Assembly: GCF_964194025.1 (NCBI RefSeq)
Contig: NC_134471.1
Location: forward strand, 61,318,001-61,382,000
Direction of reading: 5' to 3'
DNA length: 64,000 bases
Origin: Convolutriloba macropyga
Taxonomy: Eukaryota
Every line of letters starts with the position of its first letter. Positions within the stretch are counted from its first letter, which is position 1. Shown here in pieces: positions 26,448-37,900 of the stretch. A program made the translations under genes and the position numbers. The notes under the pieces are model-generated. The model ran no database searches and had not been told where the DNA came from. It saw nothing but the letters and a program-made list of their open reading frames with translations.

Positions 26448-29029
26448 GTGAAGAACAATAACTTCCTTTGTAAATCTTTAACTATTTTGATTGTTTTTAT
26501 TGTTGTATCTTTTTGTAGACCCTGAGTTAGGAATAAGTTGGATGACATTTCCCCTACATTAAAAGTTGTTCATTATGACTGTTCAAAAAAGAAAGAAAGC
26601 AAAATGTATGCTTTAAATCAAGTAGCTCAAGGCAACATTAAACCAGAAAATATTAAAGTTGCACCCGCAATGGTGACACTTTACCAAAGTTCATACAGAA
26701 CAAAAGTAGAGACCATAATGTGTCGAGTAAAATCGCAAGCCTTAAGATGGCACTGTGGCTTTTTATCACACTCTTCCTTAGCATGCAACCAAAATTCTCT
26801 TACAACTGACTTAATAGTAACACCAGAGAATTGCAGACTTGCTAACAAAACAGGACAAATTGCAATAAGAGAGTACGATAGAACTTATAAATTAGATATT
26901 TCAAATGAAGTTTTAAAACACCAATACACACACGGTGGTCTGAATGAGGACGACCACCTAGAAGATAACACAGATTGCTCCTCGTCAGGAGAAATAAAAC
27001 TTTTTTCCTTTGAAACACAAATGCAAAGAGTTGAACTTGAAGTTGATCAGGAAACTGACTTACAACTCTTACAACTGACTTAATAGTAACACCAGAGAAT
27101 TGCAGACTTGCTATCAAAACAGGACAAATTGCAATAACAGAGTACGATAGAACTTATAAATTAGATATTTCAAATGAAGTTTTAAAACACCAATACACAC
27201 ACGGTGGTCTGAATGAGGACGACCACCTAGAAGATAACACAGATTGCTCCTCGTCAGGAGAAATAAAACTTTTTTCCTTTGAAACACAAATGCAAAGAGT
27301 TGAACTTGAAGTTGATCAGGAAACAAAATCAGTTTCCACCCCGTTAGGATTAAAATTTTCATGCGAACTTAAGGAAGGAGGTTGTGAAACAACATCACTA
27401 GACCCCTTCGCTTACTCATTGTTACAAAACTTTTCACTCAAAACGCAAAAATGATAAAGTTCACAAACGAACCAGATCCACCCTAATACAACATCATAAG
27501 TACGCACGACATGCAAAATGATGTTTATCGTTTGCAAAACAACATGAAAATAGACCACACGCAAGACATAGAACTTAGGATAAATAATGAAAGAAATTAT
27601 ATTTGTGGAAAGCCTAATCCTTTGTTTATTACAAACTTTGATGATTTTTTTGTTTCTTTTACAGGCCGATTTGATATGAATACGGGAAAAACAGTAATTT
27701 CAAAAAATAATGTTAATTATTACAAAATGCAAGCCGGCACCGACAACAGAATAAGGGTGAACGGTTTTACGAGACACCTAAAAACGAACTAGTTCGTAGC
27801 CAACATTTTGGAAACCATAGACAAATTTTGGAAAACGTTGGAAAAGACACTATCAATTATGATGCTCATATGCGTATGAAAATTAATTTCATGATGTATA
27901 AGGTCTATCGTGATTTGGAACAGTCTGACTTCCTTATTTTACAAAATATGTGCGAGCTCAGACGCACTCAAATCCAAATGATCAATGCATTGTCTTACGA
28001 AAACAATAGATTGGCCGGATACATGTTAACCGGAAATCGTTCAATGTTCTTAGAAATTGAGGGTGTTATAGATTTTCAATATCCGTGTCCAAAGAAAATT
28101 TCACCGCTTAAAATACTTGATCGCTGTTACGACCGTATTCCAATCTTTTATGACGGAAAAACTATGTTTGTTAATCCTATTACGCGCCAAACAGTTCAAT
28201 TTGCAAATGAAATAGACTGTACAGATACTTTCAAAAATTTGTTTCAACTTGATTTAGATAATAATAATTCTTGGTATCAGTTGATGCCGGCGCCAGTTTC
28301 TTTTAAACCGCCAGCTGTTTTTGCTCCACAACAAATTAGTCATATTCAAAAAATCCCAGATTATGATTCTCGTCGTGCAGGTATTTACACTGTAATTCAA
28401 TTGAAAGATCTTTTGAGAACAATTTTGCCCAAATCTGCATCTAATTCAGTCTTGAAAAAGATTTCTCGAACAGTTCTTCAAAACGCACACATAGACAATA
28501 GTCAGCGCGATATCTATCGCGCCGCAAGCCTCAATAATCGATTATATTTACATTCAATGTTGTCACCATCTTTTTTCCTTGATCACTTTAAGAGTACTTT
28601 TGGAGAAATTGGCTATTACGTAGAAAGAGCCGGAATTTTGTTTGCATCTTTCATGTTAATCATTTTTTGATCGATGTTGTAATTTTTATTCTAAGAGCTT
28701 TCGAGATACAAAAACTGTCGAAAAACACTATTGATTTTTGGAAAACATTACTAGGAGCCTCGTACAATTTGTTTCTACTTTCCATTGTAACATCAATTTA
28801 TCAAACACCTAAGGATGATGAAAACTCTGATAACCATACAAACAATGAACCAAATAGAAATCGGTGCCTCAAGCATACACCAGATAATAACATCTATCAC
28901 GACAACAGTCAAATAGAATTGTCACCACTCAATGCCCTTGAAGTAGCATCACCTCCTATGCCAGAATTACCACATCTTTACCTTAAAGTTCCTACTGAGC
29001 AAGAAGTAAATGCAATTGCTCCCACATAA
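26448..29029 (+). pseudogene. env: Element 1 envelope glycoprotein, chuvirus/herpes gB-like (class III fusogen-like), disrupted
   Basis: In-frame signal peptide (V)KNNNFLCKSLTILIVFIVVSFCRP* from 26448; VHYDCS, WHCGFLSHSS, MCELRRTQI, CYDRIPIFY..TMFVNPITRQ..DC and AGIYT motifs as recalled for chuvirus-like glycoproteins; C-terminal TM (GILFASFMLIIF/IDVVIFIL) and cytoplasmic tail. Confidence 0.8.
26797..27324 (+). repeat. 259-bp tandem duplication with 10-bp filler inside env of Element 1
   Basis: 26797-27055 repeated at 27066-27324 (period 269 bp), nearly identical; shifts the reading frame. Confidence 0.95.
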
Positions 29030-29112
29030 ATCAGTCATCCAATTAGTCCTTTTACACTTATTTAACCACACTTAATCAATTCTTCTTAGCCTAACCTAAC
29101 TGTTTCAGAATT

Positions 29113-30434
29113 ATGATCTGAGATTCAAAACTTTAATGATCTTTTCGTATTTGAGTACCATAAAGTTTTATTTATTAAGTTTCACGAATTTTATGGACAT
29201 ATATATATATATTACTCTTTTATACCTGTTTATGAAAACTTAGTGCATTTAAAAGTTAGCGCACCCAAATTTTCTGACTTAGTAGATATACTAATTTATT
29301 CAAACAACAAAAAAAATTTATACTCTTAAGGAATTTTTACTTGATTGTGAATACGGTTTACTCGATTTAGGGAGCAACATCCACTTTCTTTTATAAAATG
29401 ATGCACCTCGATCTTCAAAAGTACCTGCGGGAACTGATTATCTTATTTGCTATTTTATACGTTTTAACTATATTTGCCTTATTTCTTAAACATTTCAGAG
29501 AACCAAACGTATCCACAGTACATTGCAAACACTTCGAGATCCATCAGCACGAGAATAACGTTTTGGAATGTACTTTTACTACAAAGGCAGTTTAGTAAGA
29601 ACTTATCAAATTAATCGATCTTTTACTATCCATTTTCCCTATCAAGTAACCCGCACCTTAGAAGTTTTGTTTGATTTTGTTGACTCTTGGGACGAAGGTT
29701 CGATAACAATAGCAGCTTTTTCTCCCTATTGGAACTTTTTTTTGATGCTTTCAGAGCAAAATTTAGACCAGATTCCCATTGATATTTCCAACTGGTGATG
29801 ATAAACATACAAAACAGATCCCTTACCCTTAAATTGAATAACACAAAATATATTATTCTTTGATTATCCACCACCCATAACTCCTTCATAATTTACATTC
29901 GACAACCCCATAGCATTTTAAACCACTATCTAAATTTCAAAATTAACCACCCCCAAATACTTGAAATTGCCTGTTCCTACCTTTTTATTCTAACCGCGAA
30001 CTAACAATTAAATACCCTATTCTTTTATTTTGATAATGTTTTTCTTATTAAGAAAAGAATTAGTTGAAATTGGTAGTTTCGAAAAAACATTCGAAACAGA
30101 ACCTTCCCTCCAAGCTTTCATTTTAGTACACTTGAGGAAAGTCGAATCCCAAGAACAATCAACCCTCTCAGTATACCCCTCTTCTTGTTATTGGAACTAT
30201 TCTTTTTATTTACTCGAAAATACGCCAAATGTGCCAAAAACATCTGCACAGAAAATAATAAATTATTATAAAATGATATTCCATTTAAACCAACATCTGG
30301 TCAGAATAACTGACATTAAACGTTCCTTCGTAGAAACAGGTAATTACACCTCCCCTTCCCTAGACATTTACTATATAAATATTGACACCCAAGAAAAAAT
30401 AATTAAAACACTTACTCCTCTATCACCCCACTAG
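29113..30434 (+). pseudogene. Degenerate accessory coding region downstream of env (one or more ORFs, unknown function)
   Basis: Successive + strand open segments (29118-29330, 29568-29798, 30030-30434), aromatic-rich; preceded by CTAACCTAACTGTTTCAG, a branch point plus acceptor-like sequence ending at 29108. Confidence 0.45.
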
Positions 30435-30542
30435 AACTTTTTTTAAAAAAATTGAAACATCCTTCCATTTAAAATTAAGTGAAATAAATCCCCCCAGCCA
30501 ACATCGACAACGAAACAATTTATCCTACCCGCGACTTTTAAA

Positions 30543-30979
30543 ATGGGAAACTGTTTATCCTTCAGAATAGTTTTTCCCCTTCAGAACTCATCACGCCCCC
30601 TTTTTGTCGAATATCGTGATGAATGTCCCATTTGTTAAAGAATTGCTTCCTGTTGGAAAAAATTGCGCCCTTCCGACGTAGACCCACCACCCCCATTTAG
30701 TTTGCACCGATTGCAGAATTAACCTATTCCGACACTCTTCCAACCCAAATTGCCCTCTTTTGCCTCCGCCACATTTATACATTATCCCTTAGTTTTTATT
30801 ACCAATGTTTCTGGTGCAATCAAGTAAAGAAGTGTGTAAGTTCCTCCACTCATCCGCACATAAAATGTCACGAGGACTTTGGACATTTTTTGTGTAATCC
30901 CTGTGCCCAGGAGAAAAATAATTGCCCCATCTGTTTAAAAAAAATCAACCCCCACGACGTATGGTCGGAGAGTTTTTAA
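30543..30979 (+). pseudogene. Myristoylation-motif RING-finger protein (~145 aa reconstructed; one stop, one frameshift); absent from the ORF track
   Basis: AAAATGG start, MGNCLSFRIVFPLQNSSRPLFVEYRDECPIC*RIASCWKKLRPSDVDPPPPF; second frame open 30701-30976: FAPIAELTYSDTLPTQIALFCLRHIYTLSLSFYYQCFWCNQVKKCVSSSTHPHIKCHEDFGHFLCNPCAQEKNNCPICLKKINPHDVWSESF*, i.e. C-x2-C-x16-C-x5-H-x2-C-x2-C-x6-C-x2-C. Confidence 0.75.
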
Positions 30980-30982
30980 ACA

Positions 30983-31043
30983 ATGCACCCCGTTCACGTC
31001 CCAATCCTTATCCTTTTCTCGTTCTTCATCACCCTATCTGTTG
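30983..31043 (+). CDS. Start of a possible small secreted or membrane ORF, cut by the assembly gap
   Basis: ATG 3 nt after the RING ORF stop; MHPVHVPILILFSFFITLSV is hydrophobic and signal-like. Confidence 0.3.
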
Positions 31044-31712
31044 NNNNNNNNNNNNNNNNNNNNNNNNNNNNNNNNNNNNNNNNNNNNNNNNNNNNNNNNN
31101 NNNNNNNNNNNNNNNNNNNNNNNNNNNNNNNNNNNNNNNNNNNNNNNNNNNNNNNNNNNNNNNNNNNNNNNNNNNNNNNNNNNNNNNNNNNNNNNNNNNN
31201 NNNNNNNNNNNNNNNNNNNNNNNNNNNNNNNNNNNNNNNNNNNNNNNNNNNNNNNNNNNNNNNNNNNACAAGCAGGTATACACTGCAACACAAAAAAACC
31301 AGCTGCGCGGGTCGTCGCACGGAGGGGAACCACGAGGTCCGAAACCCGATTTTAGTCAGTTAAATCTGACACAATTTGATTCAAAGCTCCTAAACAAATA
31401 AATTTTTGGTTAATAGGATTTTCCGATTTTAAAAACGGAGATTCTTTTCCAATTTTCAGTTCTTTTGAATTTTTTTTTCTTTCTTTCCAACCCGGTAGGA
31501 GTTTTGCAAAATTGATTCTGCACATAATGTGTGATTGTATTCCGGTACTCTAAGAATATGATTTTGATGGTACTTTAAAAAGTACGATTGTTTTCTTTTC
31601 AGCACAGCTAGATTTCGTTTTAACCTTTCTTTGTAAGTGTGTTTTTTTTATGTTTGACAAGATGTCGAAAGATCCTAGCAGAACACAACCCGCACACTGC
31701 TAGAGAAGCAGT

Positions 31713-31796
31713 ATGACCAACTGGATGGCAGATCTCCCACCATTAACAAAGAAACATAGAGCGATCCACCCGCGTCAACGTGGCCACTTCAACAAG

Positions 31797-31843
<47 letters not shown>

Positions 31844-32615
31844 TCAACCACACCAACACCAAAGACAACCAAACGCAAGTTATTCCCAGCCACTTCCCAA
31901 AAAACTTACCAAAAGTACTATTGATGATGGACTTCCAAAGGGACGTGACTTTCCAGAGAAACCACAGCGCCTAGAGGAACAATTTGGTCGAGAGCAGTTC
32001 CCCTTGAACGACAATCCACTATTTGTCAAGTCGCTTGACTACTCCCTCAGGCCAGAACACAACAAGTGTTGCCTCTCTGAACAGTCCATCATTCAGAGTA
32101 AGGTCACAGGCGAGAAAATCGCGGTCCCCTCGTCTGTGCTTCCTGTGATACCAGACTTCTCTCTGGTCCGATCGCTGAACTTGAGGAGACTCAGAAACCG
32201 TGATGTGAGTCAAAGGAAATATGAGATAGAGAATAAAGAATTGCACAGTCGCATCAGCGTTCCCTTTGAGATGATTACGGCTTTTCCTCCACAAGATGAT
32301 CCGGTAGAAACGATCTGTTCAGATCAGCTTCTAATGGAAAACCATGAGTTCAGACGACAGCTCTGGACCTCAGAATCCTCTGTTAGTGAGCTCCAAGTTA
32401 AGCTGGATCGTCTCACAATAAATGCAAATGAAGAGAAGGAGCGGTACCGAAAGCAAAACATCCAGTCCAGTCAAATGCTCAAAATTCGGGATAACCAACA
32501 AAAGGAGCTGATAAAGAAAACTGAGGCCCTAATTGAATCAAATAAGCAGATGGCCTCAGAACGTAAGAGACTGGGCCAGGAGAACAAAGAACTAATAAAA
32601 CATTCTGCCCTCTAA
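31713..32615 (+). CDS. 300-aa protein with Q/H repeat and C-terminal coiled coil, inside Element 1
   Basis: Uninterrupted ORF; (QQQH)n repeat; heptad region LLMENHEFRRQL..VSELQVKLDRL..LGQENKELIK; acceptor-like TTTTCTTTTCAG at ~31591-31602 upstream and AATAAA at ~32765 downstream. Confidence 0.7.
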
Positions 32616-33077
32616 CTCTAATTGTGAACTAAACTCTCTTAATATGTTCTATTTTTGAATGCTTGAATAGTATCCCCCCATTTATTATACATAATTTTGA
32701 TCTTATGTTTCTTCTCTACATTTGGTGAAATTGTGTTTAATCATTTTATTACCACTCTCCTGCTAATAAACTTTGTCTATCTGTCGATTGAAAACTCTAA
32801 TTTTGTAAGGTAAAATATTTATCTCATATTAGCTCAATAGCCGGTGTATTAATCAGTCTCTTTCTGTAATTATTGTTTGTTTCATCAATCAACCTTTTAA
32901 CTCTTTTGTAAAGAGGTGATCACTGTTCACTTATTACCCTAAATGTAAACTTTTAACATACTTTTATCTTAATGTGTTGCTTTTTAATTTGCAACTCTAT
33001 TATTGTTTCTTTAATAATCTAAATGTAAACTTTATACGATAGATCACAATTTTTCTCTTCTTCAAACCGGTGTGAGC

Positions 33078-34019
33078 TGTAGTATTACTAATTGGATAAT
33101 TGCCGCCGCAATTACCGGTACTACAGGGAGTATAATTATTTAACCGTCAACTTTGTGAACACTTTAGACTTAGTCTAAACTGACGGAATATTAAGAGAGA
33201 GCTATGCTGCGTGAAATGCGTTGAGTGAATGAATACATTATTCATAGCCAAATACTGCTGTGTATTATTTAATAAACTATTGCACAAGCTATGCCGGCTG
33301 ATTCACTGCCGCTATTGATACGCGTATTAAGTAAAGTATACTGAAGCTATCCAGGCCGCTCGTCACAGCAGCAAGTCTGAAACGATAATATGACTAAAGA
33401 CGAATATTAGTCGGCTCCACGAATGACTTAGGAAATGATTCGGAGCTAGTCATAAGTCTTGTGATTTTTAGTCGAGTTGACTCAAGTATAAACACGCACG
33501 AGCCTAGAGCTTGCTGCTGAAGGAAATGAGTACCAAACTCAACCAGCGCAAACTTAAGCCGCTTCATTTGTCACTAATAATTTCTCTCTCTCTCTCTCTC
33601 TCTCTCTTCCTCTCTCTGCTCTAAGAGCAAAACATCTACTCCTCCGCTAAGCGGGAATGCCAGAAGCGATTGTAAGTCTGCCGATTTAATAGCAAAATAG
33701 AGTTAAAGTAATATTCACATCCAGCAGTAAGATGGATCTAATTTCTTGATTAAGATTAGATACCCCACCATATTTTCAAGTAGGATTTACCCCCAAATTT
33801 TGCTCTATCCTTTCTATCTGTTTAATAATTAACCTTTATATCTAATCAATTTTAATTTTAGCAAATAACACTTAGATTTGGATATTAGCAAAGAACATTG
33901 TGAGCATATAATGAGACTTATTCTAACACTTAAATAAGGTCGCTATAATAATATTGGTTTAGCTCTAGTGTGGTAATTAAGATCGAGCGAATAAAATCCC
34001 TACCACATCAGAGTTAAAA
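33078..34019 (+). repeat. 3' LTR of Element 1 (942 bp)
   Basis: Direct repeat of 15605-16576 with a shorter (CT)n tract; followed by TSD CCGT. Confidence 0.95.
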
Positions 34020-34381
34020 CCGTATTGTCTTCACCCCTACACGGCCATCCAACGCAAGACACAATCCCTCATACAAATAATGGGTGGGGGTTTGCATGTA
34101 AATATAAGAATTACACCACCCAACACCATACCCCACCTCTGCTTCACGCCCGCTTCATAGGTGCCATCTACTAAACTAATTTACTCTCCTCCACCAGCCA
34201 CCTCCCGTCTCTCACTCAATCGAAGTCACTAATGCTTCCTACTTTGTGATATTACTGATTTCATCATTTCTCAATCCGACAATCGTCAATTTGACAATGA
34301 AGATTTGCCTTTTCGTTAACCCCCATTATCTTTAATCCAAGGATTATTCCGTCCACTTCGTGGACTGCCAACGAGCGCTTG

Positions 34382-34906
34382 AAAAAATGAGCGCTTGAAT
34401 ATGATTGGCCAATACGCAAGTTGAATAATTTTATTTTTGATCTACTTCCCCAATTTTGGCTTTCGAGCTATTGTTTTTTGGATCTATTTATATGTTTTTA
34501 TACAGCTAAAGTTAGAAATATAACTTTGTTCTGCATTTCTTATAATTTTCTATGTTGTTATACAATAGTATTAATAGTATAACTAGTAATGTCAACATCT
34601 GACATTTCATCATCGCTTTTTAGATTTAAAAGCAAGCCAAATCAAACGGGAAAGCTGAAACTTACTGATATTCAATTTGAAGATCAGTAAGTTCCAGCTT
34701 TCCCTTTTGATTTGGCTTACTAGTTATACTATTAAAACTTTTGTTTAAGAACATAGAAATGTATAAGAAAGCTATATTTCTAGTATAAGAATATATAAAT
34801 AGATCAAAAAACAATAGATCGAAAGCCAAAATTTGGAAAATAGATCGAAAATAAAATTATTCAACTTGCATATTGGATTGCAATCAGATTCAAGCGCTCA
34901 TTTTTT
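34382..34906. mobile_element. Foldback / MITE-like long palindrome (~525 bp)
   Basis: AAAAAATGAGCGCTTGAAT.. at the left is the reverse complement of ..ATTCAAGCGCTCATTTTTT at the right; arms pair, with indels, down to a centre TTCAATTTGAA at ~34672-34682. Confidence 0.85.
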
Positions 34907-37900
34907 ATACAGCGTACAAAATGTTCTGCTATAATTTTTTGTTTGGTTGAGATAGATTCATATCAAGTCTCACAGGCCGCTAACGCATGGCCATGGCTCT
35001 CAAATAACACCTATATTTAGACAATGAAATAGAGATTAATTTTCAAACAGTGGTCGCAAAATTTTCTGGTTTTTATCTATTCCCCGGTCACCTATTAGGA
35101 TATTGCAGATAAACTAACCAAAAAGCGCTAATGTGTTCACTCTATTAGTGCAAGGCACACGTAACTGAATTTGGACAAAAATTGCACATTTTTTAAATTC
35201 TGATAGCATTTTTTNNNNNNNNNNNNNNNNNNNNNNNNNNNNNNNNNNNNNNNNNNNNNNNNNNNNNNNNNNNNNNNNNNNNNNNNNNNNNNNNNNNNNN
35301 NNNNNNNNNNNNNNNNNNNNNNNNNNNNNNNNNNNNNNNNNNNNNNNNNNNNNNNNNNNNNNNNNNNNNNNNNNNNNNNNNNNNNNNNNNNNNNNNNNNN
35401 NNNNNNNNNNNNNNNNNNNNNNNNNNNNNNNNNNNNNNNNNNNNNNNNNNNNNNNNNNNNNNNNNNNNNNNNNNNNNNNNNNNNNNNNNNNNNNNNNNNN
35501 NNNNNNNNNNNNNNNNNNNNNNNNNNNNNNNNNNNNNNNNNNNNNNNNCAGTATTCAAAAACAAGCAAAATAGCAAGCTTTAATTGCTAGCGTTTTAGTT
35601 TAGTGGTGTGTGTTTGGGATATCTTTTTTTATTGTTCATGAGAAAAATAGTACAAAAATCAACGATATGGCAAAGTTTTGATTCCAACTGAAAAGAAATT
35701 TTTTCTAAATAATAACAGCTGAACAATTCAAATGATTACAAACAAAACATTTACATCTACACTGGTTTCATTCAATTGAAAAGGAACTCACTAATTATTT
35801 ATCGTCCAACGTTTTTTCAAAATCCTACATTTTGCAATAAGAAAAACGAAAACAGAACAACATATCTCTTGTTCTTCTCGCGCAAATGCTTGCAGTGAAA
35901 CGCAAGACATTAACACCTATTTTGTCTTATGTTAATATAATCTTTCCTCTAAAATATTCTTATAAAGATCTTGTAATACAAATGTTGAAAAACTCCAACC
36001 TTTTTGATCCCAGACGAGACAACTATTGTCCCGAATATCCATGAAATATGCAAAGGAACTATATGATACCCCAGCAGTCAGGTTTGGCCGGTGAATATTG
36101 TAATATATTACCCTAGCAGTCAGTTTTGGTTGGCAAGATAGAAACATAATACCATTTTTGAGCTCCATGAAAACTAAATGGATGGTTAAAACGTTTTCTT
36201 TTTTCCAAAATTAGAATTTTTCGACAAAAAACGATTTGTATCAAATTTTTTGAACTTGCTACAATTGCGCGCTTCGAATATCTTATCTGCTGTATAATCC
36301 TCTAGATATTAAATTGCTAAGTGAGGTTACCTATTGGAAGCTATTGGACTTAAATTTGCAGCCAGAAGTTTCTTAATTTCCAAGCACAATAAAATAGTGG
36401 AATCGTTGGTAAAAACAACTAAATTTGAGTTGAGAATTTGCACTAAAAGAACGAAATCAACAATATCGTTTTTTTATCTTTTTGTTTTAAAGGTTTGTTT
36501 TTGAAAACTAGCATGTATGCAATCGAATGATAAATTGTTGCGCTGTTATGCAATATTCTGGTTGCTTCCGAAACAAAGGGTCAATCCAGGGTGGACTTGA
36601 TTTTAATAATATAAAGTATTTCAAATTGTCGTCTTCTGAACACTGCTAGGGTGAACAGTGAGGGGAATCTGTCGCCCGGAAAATCGATCAAATAAAATAA
36701 ACCAAAGGTTTTGAATTGGTGAAGCAAGCATTAATTTGTTACTCCGCAATTTCCCCTTTTCCACTCTTGTATGCTTTCGCAAATTAGATTGCCTTTAAAT
36801 AATTTAAATCACAATGGGGCCCGTAATATCAATTCCAGTTAGATGGCTAACAAATGTAAGAAAATTACTTGCACGTCAATGGAAAGGACAAACTATAGGC
36901 AATTTACAATTGTAAATAAACAATAACGAAAAAAATATACACGGTTCACTTCCCAAATTAACTAAATCAAAACCGCTCACAGTAACCCAACTGGTCTTGC
37001 AAATACAAACTTCCTGAATTCAGTGTCACTCACACTCAATCTCTTCCCTGCTTTTCACAATATCTTTTAAAGTTTAGTCCCACTAAACCAACTACTTTCT
37101 CTCGCTTGTGCAAAAGACTCTCCCGTGTTCAAACTTCTAAATTCTCCCAAAATTCTACGTCTGCCCAAATTTTTCTGTGTCAATTCAATACATACTCAAC
37201 CAATACGCTCTTAGCTTAAGCAAGCAGACCTTAATCTCTTAAGTAATCATTGCAACTTGAAATCTGTCACATTTTGTGGAGGGCTTTGTTTGCTATGCAA
37301 AAAAAACAATTTCAAATCTAGATCTGTCATTCAACTGCTACCAACCATTTTTCAACCTTCTCCTTATCTTAAGTATACAACCTTTGGACTCTTATGTAAA
37401 CGAATTCACTCCGCTTTGTCTCATATATGCATTTGACATGTCAATCAATTTTTGTTTAGTAAAAATTGAACGTTGCTCTAAAAAGTTTTTATTTCTTTTT
37501 TCCGATATAAATTTAACTAGCTGCAATCAATCCCTGTCAAAATTCATGTGATTAAAACAAACCTAAACTCAAGCCCAAACCTAAGAGCAATTGTTATTCT
37601 TTTTTTCACAAAATTTCATGCAATTCCCCAATTCAAACCTGCCGAAAAATCTGAGATTCCTAAAAGCCAACAATTTGACCTCTAGGGTCATCCAAAGGTC
37701 ACCCTCAAAAAAGAGGGGTGAAGTTGTTAAAAACTAACTATTGTCAAAACAATTTTTCATAGCTGCACCTATCTTAAAACTTTCATGACCTAACTCCCAC
37801 TAGAACACGAGCAATGACTGGGCAAACTTTTCGTCAACCTCCCGGATTACCACAAACTTCCCAACGTAATATCTCGGGAAGTAGTAACCAAAACGTCATC

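Larger units (their letters stand above)
15605..34019 (+). mobile_element. Element 1: giant env-bearing Ty3/Gypsy LTR retroelement (~18.4 kb), decayed, with many accessory ORFs
   Basis: Direct LTRs 15605-16576 and 33078-34019; TSD CCGT at 15601-15604 and 34020-34023; PBS at 16579; gag-PR-RT-RH-IN order typical of Gypsy; env-like gene after pol. One assembly gap inside (31044-31267). Confidence 0.95.

Noticed and set aside
30624-30701. Direct homology to Lassa virus Z from CPIC..KLRPS..PPP(F/Y)S
   Set aside because: Short match recalled from memory, and the RING lies after rather than before this segment; kept only as an architectural analogy.
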